Below the pieces are notes generated by a model that did no database searches, had not been told where the DNA came from, and was given only the letters and a program-made list of their open reading frames with translations. Positions 41,122-51,609 of a DNA stretch of 64,000 nt are shown here, piece after piece. The DNA comes from a bacterium (GTDB taxonomy: Bacteria; Electryoneota; Electryoneia; Electryoneales; Electryoneaceae): NCBI GenBank assembly GCA_963669175.1, contig OY769902.1, forward strand, positions 384,001 to 448,000, given 5' to 3'. A program made the position numbers and the translations under genes. Position 1 is the first letter of the stretch, and every line of letters starts with the position of its first letter.

Positions 41122-42582
41122 CTGCTGCCTGTGCTATGTGCGCTCATGATCACAACTTCTCTCCTATGGGCCGGAGAACCCACGGCCGACAACACTTCCA
41201 GCAGGGAAATCATCATCAATTCGACCCATCTTGAATCCCTGCAGGAAGTTGTGACGGTTGAAGGACACGAATGCCGCATCGTCCATATTTATTGCGAAGC
41301 GCCGGACTATCACTGGGTCGGAGACGACGATGAAGGCATCTCCTGCGTTGATGATGTGGCCCGTGCTGCCCGTTTCTACCTGAACGAATACGAATGCTTC
41401 CATCATCCTGAAGACGCTCGTATTGCAGCGGAAATGCTGGAATTTGTGCTGGTGATGCAGGCGGAAGACGGCGAATTCTACAACTTCATCTGGCCGGATT
41501 ACACCATCAACAAAACCCACCGGACCACAGTAAAAAGCCTGGACTGGTGGGCGGCGCGTGGATTCCGCAGCCTGGCGCTGGGAAGACGTGTACTGGACGG
41601 CTACGATGATGACCTGACCGACCGCCTCGATGCCGCCTGTATCAAAACCATCAGCCGTTTGCAGGAACAGTTCCGCACGAACCCTGAGCGAATAAAAGAA
41701 GAAATCGCCCCGGATATCGCCTCGGCATGGACACTTGGCCTGCTGGAGTGGCGCCAGGTTCATCCGGATGAATACCTCGATCAATTAATCGAACAGTTGC
41801 AGGGGTTAGTCATACCGCGTACGGCGTTCATCGGCCATTCAAACAACTATGTCATCCATCCCGCATGGCAGAATGTCTGGCATGCCTGGGGTTCCCTGAT
41901 GGTGGATGCGAGAATCCGTGCAGGTGCGGCTTTACACAGAGGTCGATGGACTGAGGATGCCTTGGAAGAAGCTTATGGATTCCAGCGTTTCCTGATTCAT
42001 TCTGGCTTTATCCATGAGTTTCATATCGAAAAACTGGACCTGGATGACCTGAAGGAAATGAACTCGGGAAATCCGGACCTGGCCCTTACAGAAGAAAACT
42101 CTTTCAAGATTGATGATGTAAAGGAATTCCCACAGATCGCTTACGGCATGGGGTCATTAGTCGCCTGTCAAAAGGCGGCTTATGAGTTCTTGAAACATGA
42201 AGGCGGGGAATCGGGTTGGGGAAATGCCACTGATTGGGCTGTAATGGCCGGTTTGGCGGCATCCTGGCTTCGCGGCAACAATGTAGCGGGTCAACAAATG
42301 TATGACCCCGAAACAGGACGTTTTTACGACGGTCTGATCAGCGAAACGGAGGTCAATTACAACAGCGGCGCAGAATCGACCATCGAAGGCTTGCTGGCGC
42401 TTCAGGCTATCCGTGGTCTGCCGGGCGCAGTGGAAGCGTATTACTCCACGCGTCAGAATCCATCTTTAACTCGCATTGGCGTCATGTTTCGCAACGAACA
42501 AACCGGGACCGTATACCAGCTTCGTTTCGATAACAAAGCTGGTGATGTGGCAAAGATTGTTCTGGATATAGAAAGGCCTTGA
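41119..42582 (+). CDS. Exported unclassified (alpha/alpha)-barrel glycosidase-like protein
   Basis: Signal peptide MLLPVLCALMITTSLLWA; motifs EGISCVDDVARA, FYNF, DWWAARG, FPQIAYG, WLRGNN..MYDPETG.FYDG, VNYNSGAESTIE. Start uncertain (41053, 41101 or 41119). Confidence 0.6.
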   Translation: MLLPVLCALMITTSLLWAGEPTADNTSSREIIINSTHLESLQEVVTVEGHECRIVHIYCEAPDYHWVGDDDEGISCVDDVARAARFYLNEYECFHHPEDARIAAEMLEFVLVMQAEDGEFYNFIWPDYTINKTHRTTVKSLDWWAARGFRSLALGRRVLDGYDDDLTDRLDAACIKTISRLQEQFRTNPERIKEEIAPDIASAWTLGLLEWRQVHPDEYLDQLIEQLQGLVIPRTAFIGHSNNYVIHPAWQNVWHAWGSLMVDARIRAGAALHRGRWTEDALEEAYGFQRFLIHSGFIHEFHIEKLDLDDLKEMNSGNPDLALTEENSFKIDDVKEFPQIAYGMGSLVACQKAAYEFLKHEGGESGWGNATDWAVMAGLAASWLRGNNVAGQQMYDPETGRFYDGLISETEVNYNSGAESTIEGLLALQAIRGLPGAVEAYYSTRQNPSLTRIGVMFRNEQTGTVYQLRFDNKAGDVAKIVLDIERP

Positions 42583-42727
42583 CACTGACACCTGTTCAGC
42601 AGGTGAAGAACGAGTTTTAACGGAACGGGAACCGTTAAAAAAGATAGACCAAAAGGACACAGGGGAAAATTCGGAGCATGTGATTTGTCAAGACAAGGGT
42701 CTTGAGCAAGCAAGAGGAGGAAGTGCT

Positions 42728-45190
42728 ATGCAGTACCGAGCAAAATTTGTCGTATTGGCGATGTTGGTACTGGTGATGGCCTGGTCGGTCACATCAGCCA
42801 ACGAGATCGTCAATCCCGGGCTCGAGATTCAAGAGCCTGCTTTCTGGACCGCCAGCACAGACGCTGGCAACTGTGTGTGGGATCACGAAACAGCTTACAT
42901 GGGCGAGTACTCCCTGAAACTGGCCAAGATGCCGATGCACGATGGCTGCAACTGGACCAGTGTGAACCAGGTCGACCTGTACTGGAACAGCATGGACGCC
43001 GTGCTGTACACCATCGGCGCGTACATGAAGACTGAAAGCGTCAACACCAGCCCCAGCGGTGACGCTGAAAAGTGCGGCGTGGTGTATTACTTCAAGGATG
43101 CCAACGGCGATGACATCGTAGACCCGGTGTACATTGATGTAGACCAGAGCACAGAAACCACGGACTGGACCGAGTATTCCACTGAAATTCTTCTCCCTTC
43201 AGTCCCGGCAGAGTGCTACGCTGTAGCCTATATGGGCGATGATGCGTCCGGCTCCATCTGGTTTGACAGCTTCATGCTGGGCAGCGACCCCTGGACCGCC
43301 GGTTTCTTCGGTGACGGTGTGGAAACCCCGGTAGGCTGGATGAACTGGTTCAGCGCTGATGACGTTGGCTACGCTATGGTTTCGGACGAAGAAGCCTATG
43401 AAGGCGAATACAGCGTCAAGCTCGTTGAAGAAGATGAATTGACTGACGAAATGGTATTCTATTCTGAACCGGTAGAAGCCACTGCCAACTCCTGGTATTT
43501 CGTGTCCGTGATGGTGAAATACCGCGGCATGAACACCAGCGACCTCTATTTTGCCACGGAAACCATCCCTGAAAACATTCAGGATCGTGGCAACCTCTGC
43601 TTCTTCTTCCACACAGGCGACATCGCGTCTTCCTGGAACCTGACCGGCGGCGACAAGTTCCTCTACTTCGATCAGCGTGAAGAGATGAGCGATGGCTGGG
43701 TCATGCTGTACACAGTGGTGCAGGCGCCGGAAGATGCGTCCGGTTTCTCCATGCGTGCTCGTTTCAACCCGGCCGTAACCGGAACCTGCTATTATGACAA
43801 CTTCACCTTTACTGAAGTGACCTATGGCGATAACGTCATGGAGAACGGTAACCTCGACACCTACGAACCCTTCTTCTGGAACGTGGAAACAGAAGGCGGC
43901 ACCATGACCTGGGCAGACGATCAAGCTCAGAACGGCAGCCGCTCCCTGAAGATCGCAAAAACCGGAACCGGCACCCCCGCAGTCTGGCGTAGCGACAACC
44001 AGGCCACACAGTTCTGGAACAACATGGACGCCGTGCTGTACACCATCGGCGGTTGGGCCAAGACCGAGGGTGTGAATACCGCCCCGGCAAACGATGATGA
44101 AAAAATCGGTTTCCTCTTCGTCTTTGAAGATGGCTCCGGAAACGATATCGTTGACCCGGTATTTATCGAAGTCGACCAGACCAGTGGCACAACGGACTGG
44201 ACAGAGTATTCCACTGAAGTCCTGTTGCCTTCCGTACCCGTTAATGTGTATTGCGATGCCATGATGGGTTCGAATGCGACCGGTACAGTCTGGTTCGATC
44301 ATTTCCTCCTGGGCAGTGATCCCTGGACCGCCGGATTCTTCGGTGATGGTGTTGAAACCCCGGTAGGCTGGATGAACTGGGCCAGCACCGATGAAGTTGG
44401 TGTTGCCGATTTGTTCAATGTCGGTGAAGACGCTTACTCCGGTGAATATGTCGCCAAACTGATCGAAGAAGATGACAATGGCGACGAGATGGTATTCTAT
44501 TCCGTACCGTTCGGTGTGGGTCGTGGCCATTGGTATGAATTCAGCGCCATGATCAAAACAGTGGACATCAGCCCGCTGGATGACACCATGTGGCCGACTG
44601 CCAAGATCACCGACGGCATCAGCAATCGTGCCAATATCTGCTTCTTCTGGCACATCAACGACCTGGATAATAGCTGGGATCTGACCGGTGGCGATCAGTT
44701 CGCTTACATCCAGCAGCGTGAAGCGACCCAGGATTGGACCAAGTACGCAGTCCTGTACTGGGCTGGTGATGATGTAATGGGCGCATCCATTCGCGCACGT
44801 TTCAACAACCTGGTACAGGGTGAAGTCTGGTACGATGACTTCTGCATCCGTCAAGTGAACGTACCGGATGTCGCGGTTGAAGACGGTCCCTGGGCTGTTG
44901 GTCAGTCCACGATCCCGGATCGTTTCGAACTGGGCCAGAACTTCCCGAACCCGTTCAACTCCAGCACCAAGATTGCTTACATGCTTCCGCAGGCCGGTCA
45001 TGTAACCCTGGAAGTATACAACCTGCTCGGCCAGCGTGTCGCGGTTGTGTTTGACGGCTTCCAGCCTGCCGGTATGCAGACCATCAGCATGGACGCTTCC
45101 CAGCTTGGCAACATGGCAACCGGTATGTACTTCTACCGTCTCGCCACACCAGCCGGTGCAGCGGTCAAGAAGATGACTTACATCAAGTAA
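42728..45190 (+). CDS. Secreted tandem carbohydrate-binding-like protein with a C-terminal T9SS-A/FlgD-like sorting domain
   Basis: GGAGG RBS, signal peptide, two 344-aa repeats (1032-nt period) each with two beta-sandwich CBM4/9-like units (NPGLE..W..WFD), then ELGQNFPNPFNSSTKI..YNLLGQ..GMYFYRL. Confidence 0.8.
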   Translation: MQYRAKFVVLAMLVLVMAWSVTSANEIVNPGLEIQEPAFWTASTDAGNCVWDHETAYMGEYSLKLAKMPMHDGCNWTSVNQVDLYWNSMDAVLYTIGAYMKTESVNTSPSGDAEKCGVVYYFKDANGDDIVDPVYIDVDQSTETTDWTEYSTEILLPSVPAECYAVAYMGDDASGSIWFDSFMLGSDPWTAGFFGDGVETPVGWMNWFSADDVGYAMVSDEEAYEGEYSVKLVEEDELTDEMVFYSEPVEATANSWYFVSVMVKYRGMNTSDLYFATETIPENIQDRGNLCFFFHTGDIASSWNLTGGDKFLYFDQREEMSDGWVMLYTVVQAPEDASGFSMRARFNPAVTGTCYYDNFTFTEVTYGDNVMENGNLDTYEPFFWNVETEGGTMTWADDQAQNGSRSLKIAKTGTGTPAVWRSDNQATQFWNNMDAVLYTIGGWAKTEGVNTAPANDDEKIGFLFVFEDGSGNDIVDPVFIEVDQTSGTTDWTEYSTEVLLPSVPVNVYCDAMMGSNATGTVWFDHFLLGSDPWTAGFFGDGVETPVGWMNWASTDEVGVADLFNVGEDAYSGEYVAKLIEEDDNGDEMVFYSVPFGVGRGHWYEFSAMIKTVDISPLDDTMWPTAKITDGISNRANICFFWHINDLDNSWDLTGGDQFAYIQQREATQDWTKYAVLYWAGDDVMGASIRARFNNLVQGEVWYDDFCIRQVNVPDVAVEDGPWAVGQSTIPDRFELGQNFPNPFNSSTKIAYMLPQAGHVTLEVYNLLGQRVAVVFDGFQPAGMQTISMDASQLGNMATGMYFYRLATPAGAAVKKMTYIK

Positions 45191-45202
45191 CACTGCTGTT
45201 TT

Positions 45203-45235
45203 CCCGCCCCTGGTTTTTCCAGGGGCGGGTGCTTT
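45203..45235 (+). terminator. Strong hairpin after the CBM-like gene (terminator/attenuator or mRNA stabiliser)
   Basis: CCCGCCCCTGG-TTTTT-CCAGGGGCGGG followed by TGCTTT. Confidence 0.65.
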
Positions 45236-45336
45236 GTAGCATGATATACCTGTGTCCCAGGTAAGTCGAATCACCCGTTGTCCTGTTATTTCACATAACC
45301 TATACGAATCGTTTACGGCGGATCTGGAGGGAGTTT

Positions 45337-48213
45337 ATGCGCTTGCGACACTTGTGGGTATTGCTCTTGATCGCATTGCTGTCTGCCAACCTGGCTATTG
45401 CCGGAACAACCGGAAAAATTGCCGGGACAGTGACCGATGCGGATACAGGAGAACCTCTGGCGGGGGTAAACGTGATCGTGGAAGGCACCTATCGAGGAGC
45501 TGCCACCGATCTCGCTGGCCAGTACACTATTCTGAACATCTCCCCCGGCATCTACACGGTCAAGTTTTCATCGGTCGGATACAACCCGATTGCATACGAC
45601 AACGTGCAAGTCTCTATTGATCGTACCGTCCATCTCGATGCTGAACTGGGCCAGGAAGTGCTGGCGGCAGGCGAAGAGGTGGTCTTTGTCGCACGCCGTC
45701 CAACGATCAAGATGGATGTCACCTCTACAGAAGTAAGTGTAGGCAGTGACCAGATCGATGCCATCCCGGTAGAGAATTTCGGCGATGTCGTCAATCTCCA
45801 GGCCGGTGTGGTGGAAGGACACTTCCGTGGTGGTCGTTCCAGTGAAGTTGTATACATGATTGATGGTGTTGTGATGTCCGATCCGTTCTCCAGCGCTGAT
45901 CCGTTCGGACGATCTACCTCCAACCAGGTTGAAAACGCCGCAATCCAGGAAATCCAGGTTATCGCCGGCACCTTCAATGCGGAATACGGCCAGGCGATGA
46001 GTGGTGTGGTCAACGTGGTCACTAAGGATGGTGATCGCGAGAAATATCACGGTAGCATCACCACAGCCTTTGGCGACTACATTTCCAACCGTTCTCTCGA
46101 AGTTGGCATGTACGACGACACGCCGGAAGAAGAAACTTACCTGGACGATATCAATCCCGGCCATTTGCAGGATTACCAGGGAAGCCTGAGCGGACCTGTA
46201 CCGTATGCATCCGGGAAGTTGACTTTCTTTGCCAGTGGACGATATCAGAATGATCATGGACGGTTGTACGGTCAACGAATATTCCTGCCGTCCGATTCCA
46301 GCAATTTCACGGATATAGATTCAGACAACTGGCACATCGAACGATCCGGGGATAATGCCCTGGTAACGCTTGATCCATTTGAGAAAAGTTCCGGACAAGC
46401 CAAGTTGACATGGTTCCTGAGCCCTGAAATCAAGATGACTTATTCCATAATGATGGACAATATGAAGTTTTCCAGTATTGGCAAGGGTGACCTTGGTGGC
46501 GGAATTGAAGACGATGATGATGAAGATTTACGCTTGTTCAAGTATAACCCCGACGGTATGTATCACATTTACCGCACTGGCGAGAACCACATCCTTGGCA
46601 TCAATCACGTATTAAACGGAAAGACATTCTACGATCTGCGTCTGTCGTACTCTTCCAACACGCACAAGTTCCATGTTTATGAAGATCCATACAGCACAGA
46701 TTATGTCAACCCGGACCGGTTGACTGATGCACAGGGTAACGCCTTTTACACTGGCGGTACCGGGATGTGGCATCACTGGCGCAGAACACGGAAGGCAAGT
46801 GTTCAACTGGATATGACACATCAGCTCAATCAACTGCATTTGTTAAAGGGTGGCTTTGAACTGCAGCAGTATCAGCTCGAACTGGAAGAATATAAACTGT
46901 TGTGGGATGAGCAGACCTGGACGCAGGAAATCATGTACAATTCAGTCTGGTTCAACAAATACTCATCACATGATGCCCGTAGCCCACTGGGCGGATTTCC
47001 CTTCAGCGATGAGGGCTATCGTCCAACCTCTTTCTCGGGCTATTTACAGGACAAGATGGAATATGAATCCATGGTGGTCAATTTCGGCCTGCGCTTTGAT
47101 TATTTCCATTCAGACGGTGTTGTGCCAACAGATTTCAGAGATCCCGGCAACGATTCACTTTCCTATTACGATTACGACACAAGCGAGACGATTGAAGGGC
47201 TTGACCCGGTCAATCCCAGTAACGAAGACGGAACCTATAATGCCTGGCATTACAAGTACCGCGACGCAAAAGCGTTTACCCAGGTGTCGCCCCGTATTGG
47301 TGTGGCTTTCCCCTTAACTGCCGCCGGGGTGATTCACTTCAGCTATGGACACTTTTTCCAGGTGCCGCCCTTCCAGTATCTCTACCACAATCCTGATTTC
47401 GAAGTTATCTCGGGAAGCTTGAAATCCAAGGTCGGCAATGCAGAGCTGAAACCGCAGCGAACGGTGATGTATGAAATCGGCTTCAAGCAGGAATTGGCCC
47501 CTCGACTGGGCATGAACGCCACCTTGTTCTACAAGGATATCCGCAACCTGCTTGCAACCGAAGTCCTGATCCGGTATGACCAGGAGAAATACGCCCGGTA
47601 CGTGAACAAGGACTACGCCAATGTACGCGGCTTCACTCTTGCCCTGAACCACCAGATGGTCGATGGATTTGCTTTCTCGCTGGATTATACCTACCAGATC
47701 GCGGAAGGCAATGCTTCAGATCCCAACGAGGTCTACAAGGACAACCAGGCTGACCCGCCGCGTGATCCGGAAAAGAAAGTGCGTCCCCTGGACTGGGATC
47801 AGACCCACACGGTCAATGCAGTCATTTCCTACGCCCTTCCCGGACAGTGGAACTTCGGTATTATCGGCAGCATGGGTAGCGGTCTACCCTACACATCACA
47901 TCCCTGGCTGGAGCCGGAAGGTGAGATGAACGACAGTCGTAAACCCATGCATTACAATATAGATGTGAAAGCATCCAAGGGATTTGACCTTGGTGAACAG
48001 ATGCGAGCGACAATAACTCTTTGGATCTACAATATCTTTGACATTAAAAACGAGACTGATGTCTATTCCGATACGGGTCGGGCAACCTACACCATGGAAG
48101 CCATGCAGAGCACATTGATCCGCGGAATCAACACAGCAGATGATTACTACACTCATCCGGACTGGTATTCCACACCGAGACAGGTCAAACTCGGCTTGAG
48201 TGTCAGCTTTTAA
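45337..48213 (+). CDS. TonB-dependent receptor with N-terminal carboxypeptidase-regulatory-like domain
   Basis: GTTGKIAGTVTDADTGEPLAGVNV, plug FRGGRSSEVVYMIDG..FNAEYGQAMSGVVNVVTK, SPRIG, HFSYGHFFQ, GNAELKP, C-terminal PRQVKLGLSVSF. Confidence 0.93.
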   Translation: MRLRHLWVLLLIALLSANLAIAGTTGKIAGTVTDADTGEPLAGVNVIVEGTYRGAATDLAGQYTILNISPGIYTVKFSSVGYNPIAYDNVQVSIDRTVHLDAELGQEVLAAGEEVVFVARRPTIKMDVTSTEVSVGSDQIDAIPVENFGDVVNLQAGVVEGHFRGGRSSEVVYMIDGVVMSDPFSSADPFGRSTSNQVENAAIQEIQVIAGTFNAEYGQAMSGVVNVVTKDGDREKYHGSITTAFGDYISNRSLEVGMYDDTPEEETYLDDINPGHLQDYQGSLSGPVPYASGKLTFFASGRYQNDHGRLYGQRIFLPSDSSNFTDIDSDNWHIERSGDNALVTLDPFEKSSGQAKLTWFLSPEIKMTYSIMMDNMKFSSIGKGDLGGGIEDDDDEDLRLFKYNPDGMYHIYRTGENHILGINHVLNGKTFYDLRLSYSSNTHKFHVYEDPYSTDYVNPDRLTDAQGNAFYTGGTGMWHHWRRTRKASVQLDMTHQLNQLHLLKGGFELQQYQLELEEYKLLWDEQTWTQEIMYNSVWFNKYSSHDARSPLGGFPFSDEGYRPTSFSGYLQDKMEYESMVVNFGLRFDYFHSDGVVPTDFRDPGNDSLSYYDYDTSETIEGLDPVNPSNEDGTYNAWHYKYRDAKAFTQVSPRIGVAFPLTAAGVIHFSYGHFFQVPPFQYLYHNPDFEVISGSLKSKVGNAELKPQRTVMYEIGFKQELAPRLGMNATLFYKDIRNLLATEVLIRYDQEKYARYVNKDYANVRGFTLALNHQMVDGFAFSLDYTYQIAEGNASDPNEVYKDNQADPPRDPEKKVRPLDWDQTHTVNAVISYALPGQWNFGIIGSMGSGLPYTSHPWLEPEGEMNDSRKPMHYNIDVKASKGFDLGEQMRATITLWIYNIFDIKNETDVYSDTGRATYTMEAMQSTLIRGINTADDYYTHPDWYSTPRQVKLGLSVSF

Positions 48214-48228
48214 CGGAGGCAGAAAACC

Positions 48229-51200
48229 ATGAGCATGATTACCTGGAAACGTGCAATCGTGATGAACCGGGTGAAAGCTGCGGTGGTGACAGGCCTCCTG
48301 TTCCTGCTGGCAGCTACGGTTGTGGCGGAAGGCCCTTATGGAAGCCGTCTGCACCGGAAACGCGGGATCATGGATGGCAACCTGATCCAGACAGAATTCT
48401 TCAACTACGGAATGATCGCCGAGTATCCAAACCAGCCCGGCGGTGTCTGGCCCAAAGGAACCAACCACAGCTACATCGATGGTGTAGCCATGATTGTCGC
48501 GGCGTCAACCTATGATATAAACGGAAACCTGATCCATCCGATTTCTACACAGTATCGTGAAGAAATGGATTACGATCCTGTATCCAGTTTCCCAATGGGC
48601 TGGGAACCCTTGCCCGGTTACGCCAATCCCAACCAGGATGAACCGGCGATCAGCGACAATACCAAATCCTGGCCCTGGACCTGGCCGGATCGTGAATCTT
48701 CCTGGGATGGTTACTGGAACGGCTATTTCGGCAAAGGTGTTGCCAATGCCGATCTGGAAACCTATTTCAAGATGGATGATGCTCAGGACGACGAGTATGA
48801 ATTCTATCCTGATGCCACCGACAGCTTGAGGCGTGGTCTTGGATTGGAAGTCGGTGTCCGCGCTTTCCAGTGGAACCACATCCTTGCTGAGGACTGTATT
48901 TTCTGGCATTACGACATCACCAACATTGGCACTACAGATTACGATTCCACCGTGTTCGGTTTCTACATCGACTGGGGTGTTGGCGGCACGTACAACAGCA
49001 GCGATGACGCCGGCAGCTATTTTACTGATATCGACCTTGCATACGCCTGGGATGTCGACGATGAAGGTGATAACGGTTGGTCACCGGTCGGGTATTCCGG
49101 CTTCGCCTTCCTGGAAAGCCCGGGTGACGCCACTGACGGCATTGACAATGATGGTGACGGCCTGATTGATGAAACCCGCGATGATGGCATCGACAACGAT
49201 GGCGACTGGGATGCGTTCGCCGACCGTAACCTGAACGGTGTCTGGGATGAAGGCGAACCGTTGCAGGACGACCTGGGCGCAGACGGTATCGGGCCGAATG
49301 ACCTTGCCTATACCATGCCGGACGCTGGCGAGGGAGACGGTGAACCGACACCGGGCGAACCGGACTTTGACGCACTGGACAAAGATGAATCCGATCAGAT
49401 CGGTCTTACCTCATTCTTCATTTTCGCGGTACACGATTACGGATTGCACCGTGAAGAGGAAAATTGGCATTTGATGAGCCAGCTCGTTCCTCCTACCGGC
49501 GAACAGCTCGCGGGTGTCAACCTGGCCATGATGTTCTATTCCGGCACTTTCCCGCTTTCTGTCGGGCAGGTTGAACGATTTTCCATGGCCCTGCTGTTTG
49601 GCAACGACCAGGACGACTTGATTCGCAACAAAAAAACTGTACAATCCATTTACAACGCCAACTACAACTTCGCCCAACCTCCGTACAAACCAACACTTAC
49701 AGCCCTCGCAGGAAACGAAAAGGTAACCCTGTACTGGAACGACTGGGCAGAGGAATCATATGACCGCTTCCTGCAGGAACGTGATTTTGAAGGCTACAGG
49801 ATATACCGTTCCACCGATCCGAGTTTCATTGATTCGAAGATTATCACCGATGCGTATGGCAACGCTGCCTATCGCAAACCGCTCGAACAGTTTGACCTGA
49901 AGGATGGCCGCTACGGCACTCATCCGGTCAATGTGTATGGCGCGGCGTTTGACCTGGGTGAAGACACCGGCTTGCGTCACAGCTATATCGATACCACGGT
50001 CATGAATGGTATCACCTATTATTACGCCGTCGTGTCTTACGATTACGGCTACATTGAGGGTGAAACCCAGATTGACACCCTTTGGTTGCACAACTCGGAC
50101 AGCACCTGGTATGAACTGGAGGTCAGGTTTGTGCCTGAGCTGGACCCGACAGGAAACATTGTCGGGATTGCCCCGTCCGAATGCCCGAGTGTCATAGTCG
50201 GTGAAGTGGGTGGAAATGTTTCTCTTGATATCAATACGGCAGCAGTAACCCCGAACGCCCCGGCAGCAGGGTATCGTCCCCCACGCGTAGAAGGCGGTGT
50301 TCAGCATATTGCCGGAGGCGCTTCGGGAAGCATAGACGTGACCATACTGGATCGTGATTCGCTGCAGGATGGCCATACCTACGAAGTACATTTTGAAAAC
50401 GCTGCAACGTACGGGAGTATCATCGCGCCTTTCCCGGATAAATTCCACATCATCGACATTACGGACCAGGATACGTTGTATTCCGGTGAATCGGGCGAGT
50501 TTGGCTACTTTGCACACTATGCGGATGGTGATCCCCTGTTCTGGGTGGATCCGGGTGTATTGATGACCAACAGGATATTCATGGAAAACCCGGATGCTGA
50601 CACGATCAGCTTCTGGCATCAGTCACAGATTTATATTGAACCGCCGATTCTTGAAGGCATGTCAATTATTCCTAACAATGCCTATATCAATTATAAAAAC
50701 CCGTTGGACGATGGTATCGAGGCTGTCTACAGCGACATAGTCAACAATCCCACATATCGTGGAGAAATTGGTCTGTATACGGATAATAACGGCACCCAGT
50801 TATCCATGAAAGTACCCTACGATTATGAAATCCGCTGGTATGATGAGATCGTAGACACGTCCACCAACGCCCTTGGTTATTCCAGTATTCCGGTGAACTT
50901 CACAGTCACCAATACAACACTGGATGAGCCATCTGAATTCGTGTACCGTGCAACCGAAGGCATCTTCTTCAGGGCAGATGGCACGCCTGACACAATCGTG
51001 ATTAAAACGGTTATCCTTCCTTACATGAGCTATCGTGATACTCTTGCCAACCGAAATCGGCATGTGTTTGGACCATCATTGCAGCTTTTTGTCAACAACG
51101 ATGCGGTTGATACAGTCGTCACCGGTATGGATACAACCATTGTCAGAACAGACATGGTCATTGTTCAACCCGGCGAAGGAGACATGGTTGGCTGGAAAGT

Positions 51201-51597
51201 TCCAATCCCGTTCAACGAAGATGATGTGTACCAGTTTACCGTAAAACAGGGCAGCCTGAGTAACTCACTGGCCAAGCAGGAAATAGACCAGGTTGCGGTT
51301 GTGCCCAATCCATATGTAGCAACAGCAATCTGGGAGCCGAATCTTGGCTACAGGCAGGGGCGAGGGGATCGAAAGATTGACTTCATCCATCTGCCAAGAC
51401 GATGTACCATCCGGATATACACCATCAGCGGCTACCTGGTTGATACCATTGAGCATGACACGTCAATGGAAGATGGCGCTGAGTCCTGGGATCTCATATC
51501 CAAGGATGGCATGGATGTCGCATACGGGGTTTACATCTTCCATGTCGATGCCCCGGGTGTAGGCGAGCATATCGGCAAATTTGCGGTGATCAAGTAG
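48229..51597 (+). CDS. Large exported TBDR-associated protein (Dx[DN]xDG Ca-binding repeats, FN3-like region, divergent sorting-type C-terminus)
   Basis: Signal peptide; DGIDNDGDGLIDE..DGIDNDGDW; VTLYW..FEGYRIYRS..NGITYYYAVVSYD; ends VVPNPY..IRIYTISG..WDLIS..GVYIFHV. Confidence 0.75.
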   Translation: MSMITWKRAIVMNRVKAAVVTGLLFLLAATVVAEGPYGSRLHRKRGIMDGNLIQTEFFNYGMIAEYPNQPGGVWPKGTNHSYIDGVAMIVAASTYDINGNLIHPISTQYREEMDYDPVSSFPMGWEPLPGYANPNQDEPAISDNTKSWPWTWPDRESSWDGYWNGYFGKGVANADLETYFKMDDAQDDEYEFYPDATDSLRRGLGLEVGVRAFQWNHILAEDCIFWHYDITNIGTTDYDSTVFGFYIDWGVGGTYNSSDDAGSYFTDIDLAYAWDVDDEGDNGWSPVGYSGFAFLESPGDATDGIDNDGDGLIDETRDDGIDNDGDWDAFADRNLNGVWDEGEPLQDDLGADGIGPNDLAYTMPDAGEGDGEPTPGEPDFDALDKDESDQIGLTSFFIFAVHDYGLHREEENWHLMSQLVPPTGEQLAGVNLAMMFYSGTFPLSVGQVERFSMALLFGNDQDDLIRNKKTVQSIYNANYNFAQPPYKPTLTALAGNEKVTLYWNDWAEESYDRFLQERDFEGYRIYRSTDPSFIDSKIITDAYGNAAYRKPLEQFDLKDGRYGTHPVNVYGAAFDLGEDTGLRHSYIDTTVMNGITYYYAVVSYDYGYIEGETQIDTLWLHNSDSTWYELEVRFVPELDPTGNIVGIAPSECPSVIVGEVGGNVSLDINTAAVTPNAPAAGYRPPRVEGGVQHIAGGASGSIDVTILDRDSLQDGHTYEVHFENAATYGSIIAPFPDKFHIIDITDQDTLYSGESGEFGYFAHYADGDPLFWVDPGVLMTNRIFMENPDADTISFWHQSQIYIEPPILEGMSIIPNNAYINYKNPLDDGIEAVYSDIVNNPTYRGEIGLYTDNNGTQLSMKVPYDYEIRWYDEIVDTSTNALGYSSIPVNFTVTNTTLDEPSEFVYRATEGIFFRADGTPDTIVIKTVILPYMSYRDTLANRNRHVFGPSLQLFVNNDAVDTVVTGMDTTIVRTDMVIVQPGEGDMVGWKVPIPFNEDDVYQFTVKQGSLSNSLAKQEIDQVAVVPNPYVATAIWEPNLGYRQGRGDRKIDFIHLPRRCTIRIYTISGYLVDTIEHDTSMEDGAESWDLISKDGMDVAYGVYIFHVDAPGVGEHIGKFAVIK

Positions 51598-51609
51598 GAG
51601 GAACCAACC

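Noticed and set aside
43199-45274. 691-aa minus-strand ORF
   Set aside because: Antisense shadow of the strongly codon-biased, internally repeated CBM-like gene; no recognisable motifs.
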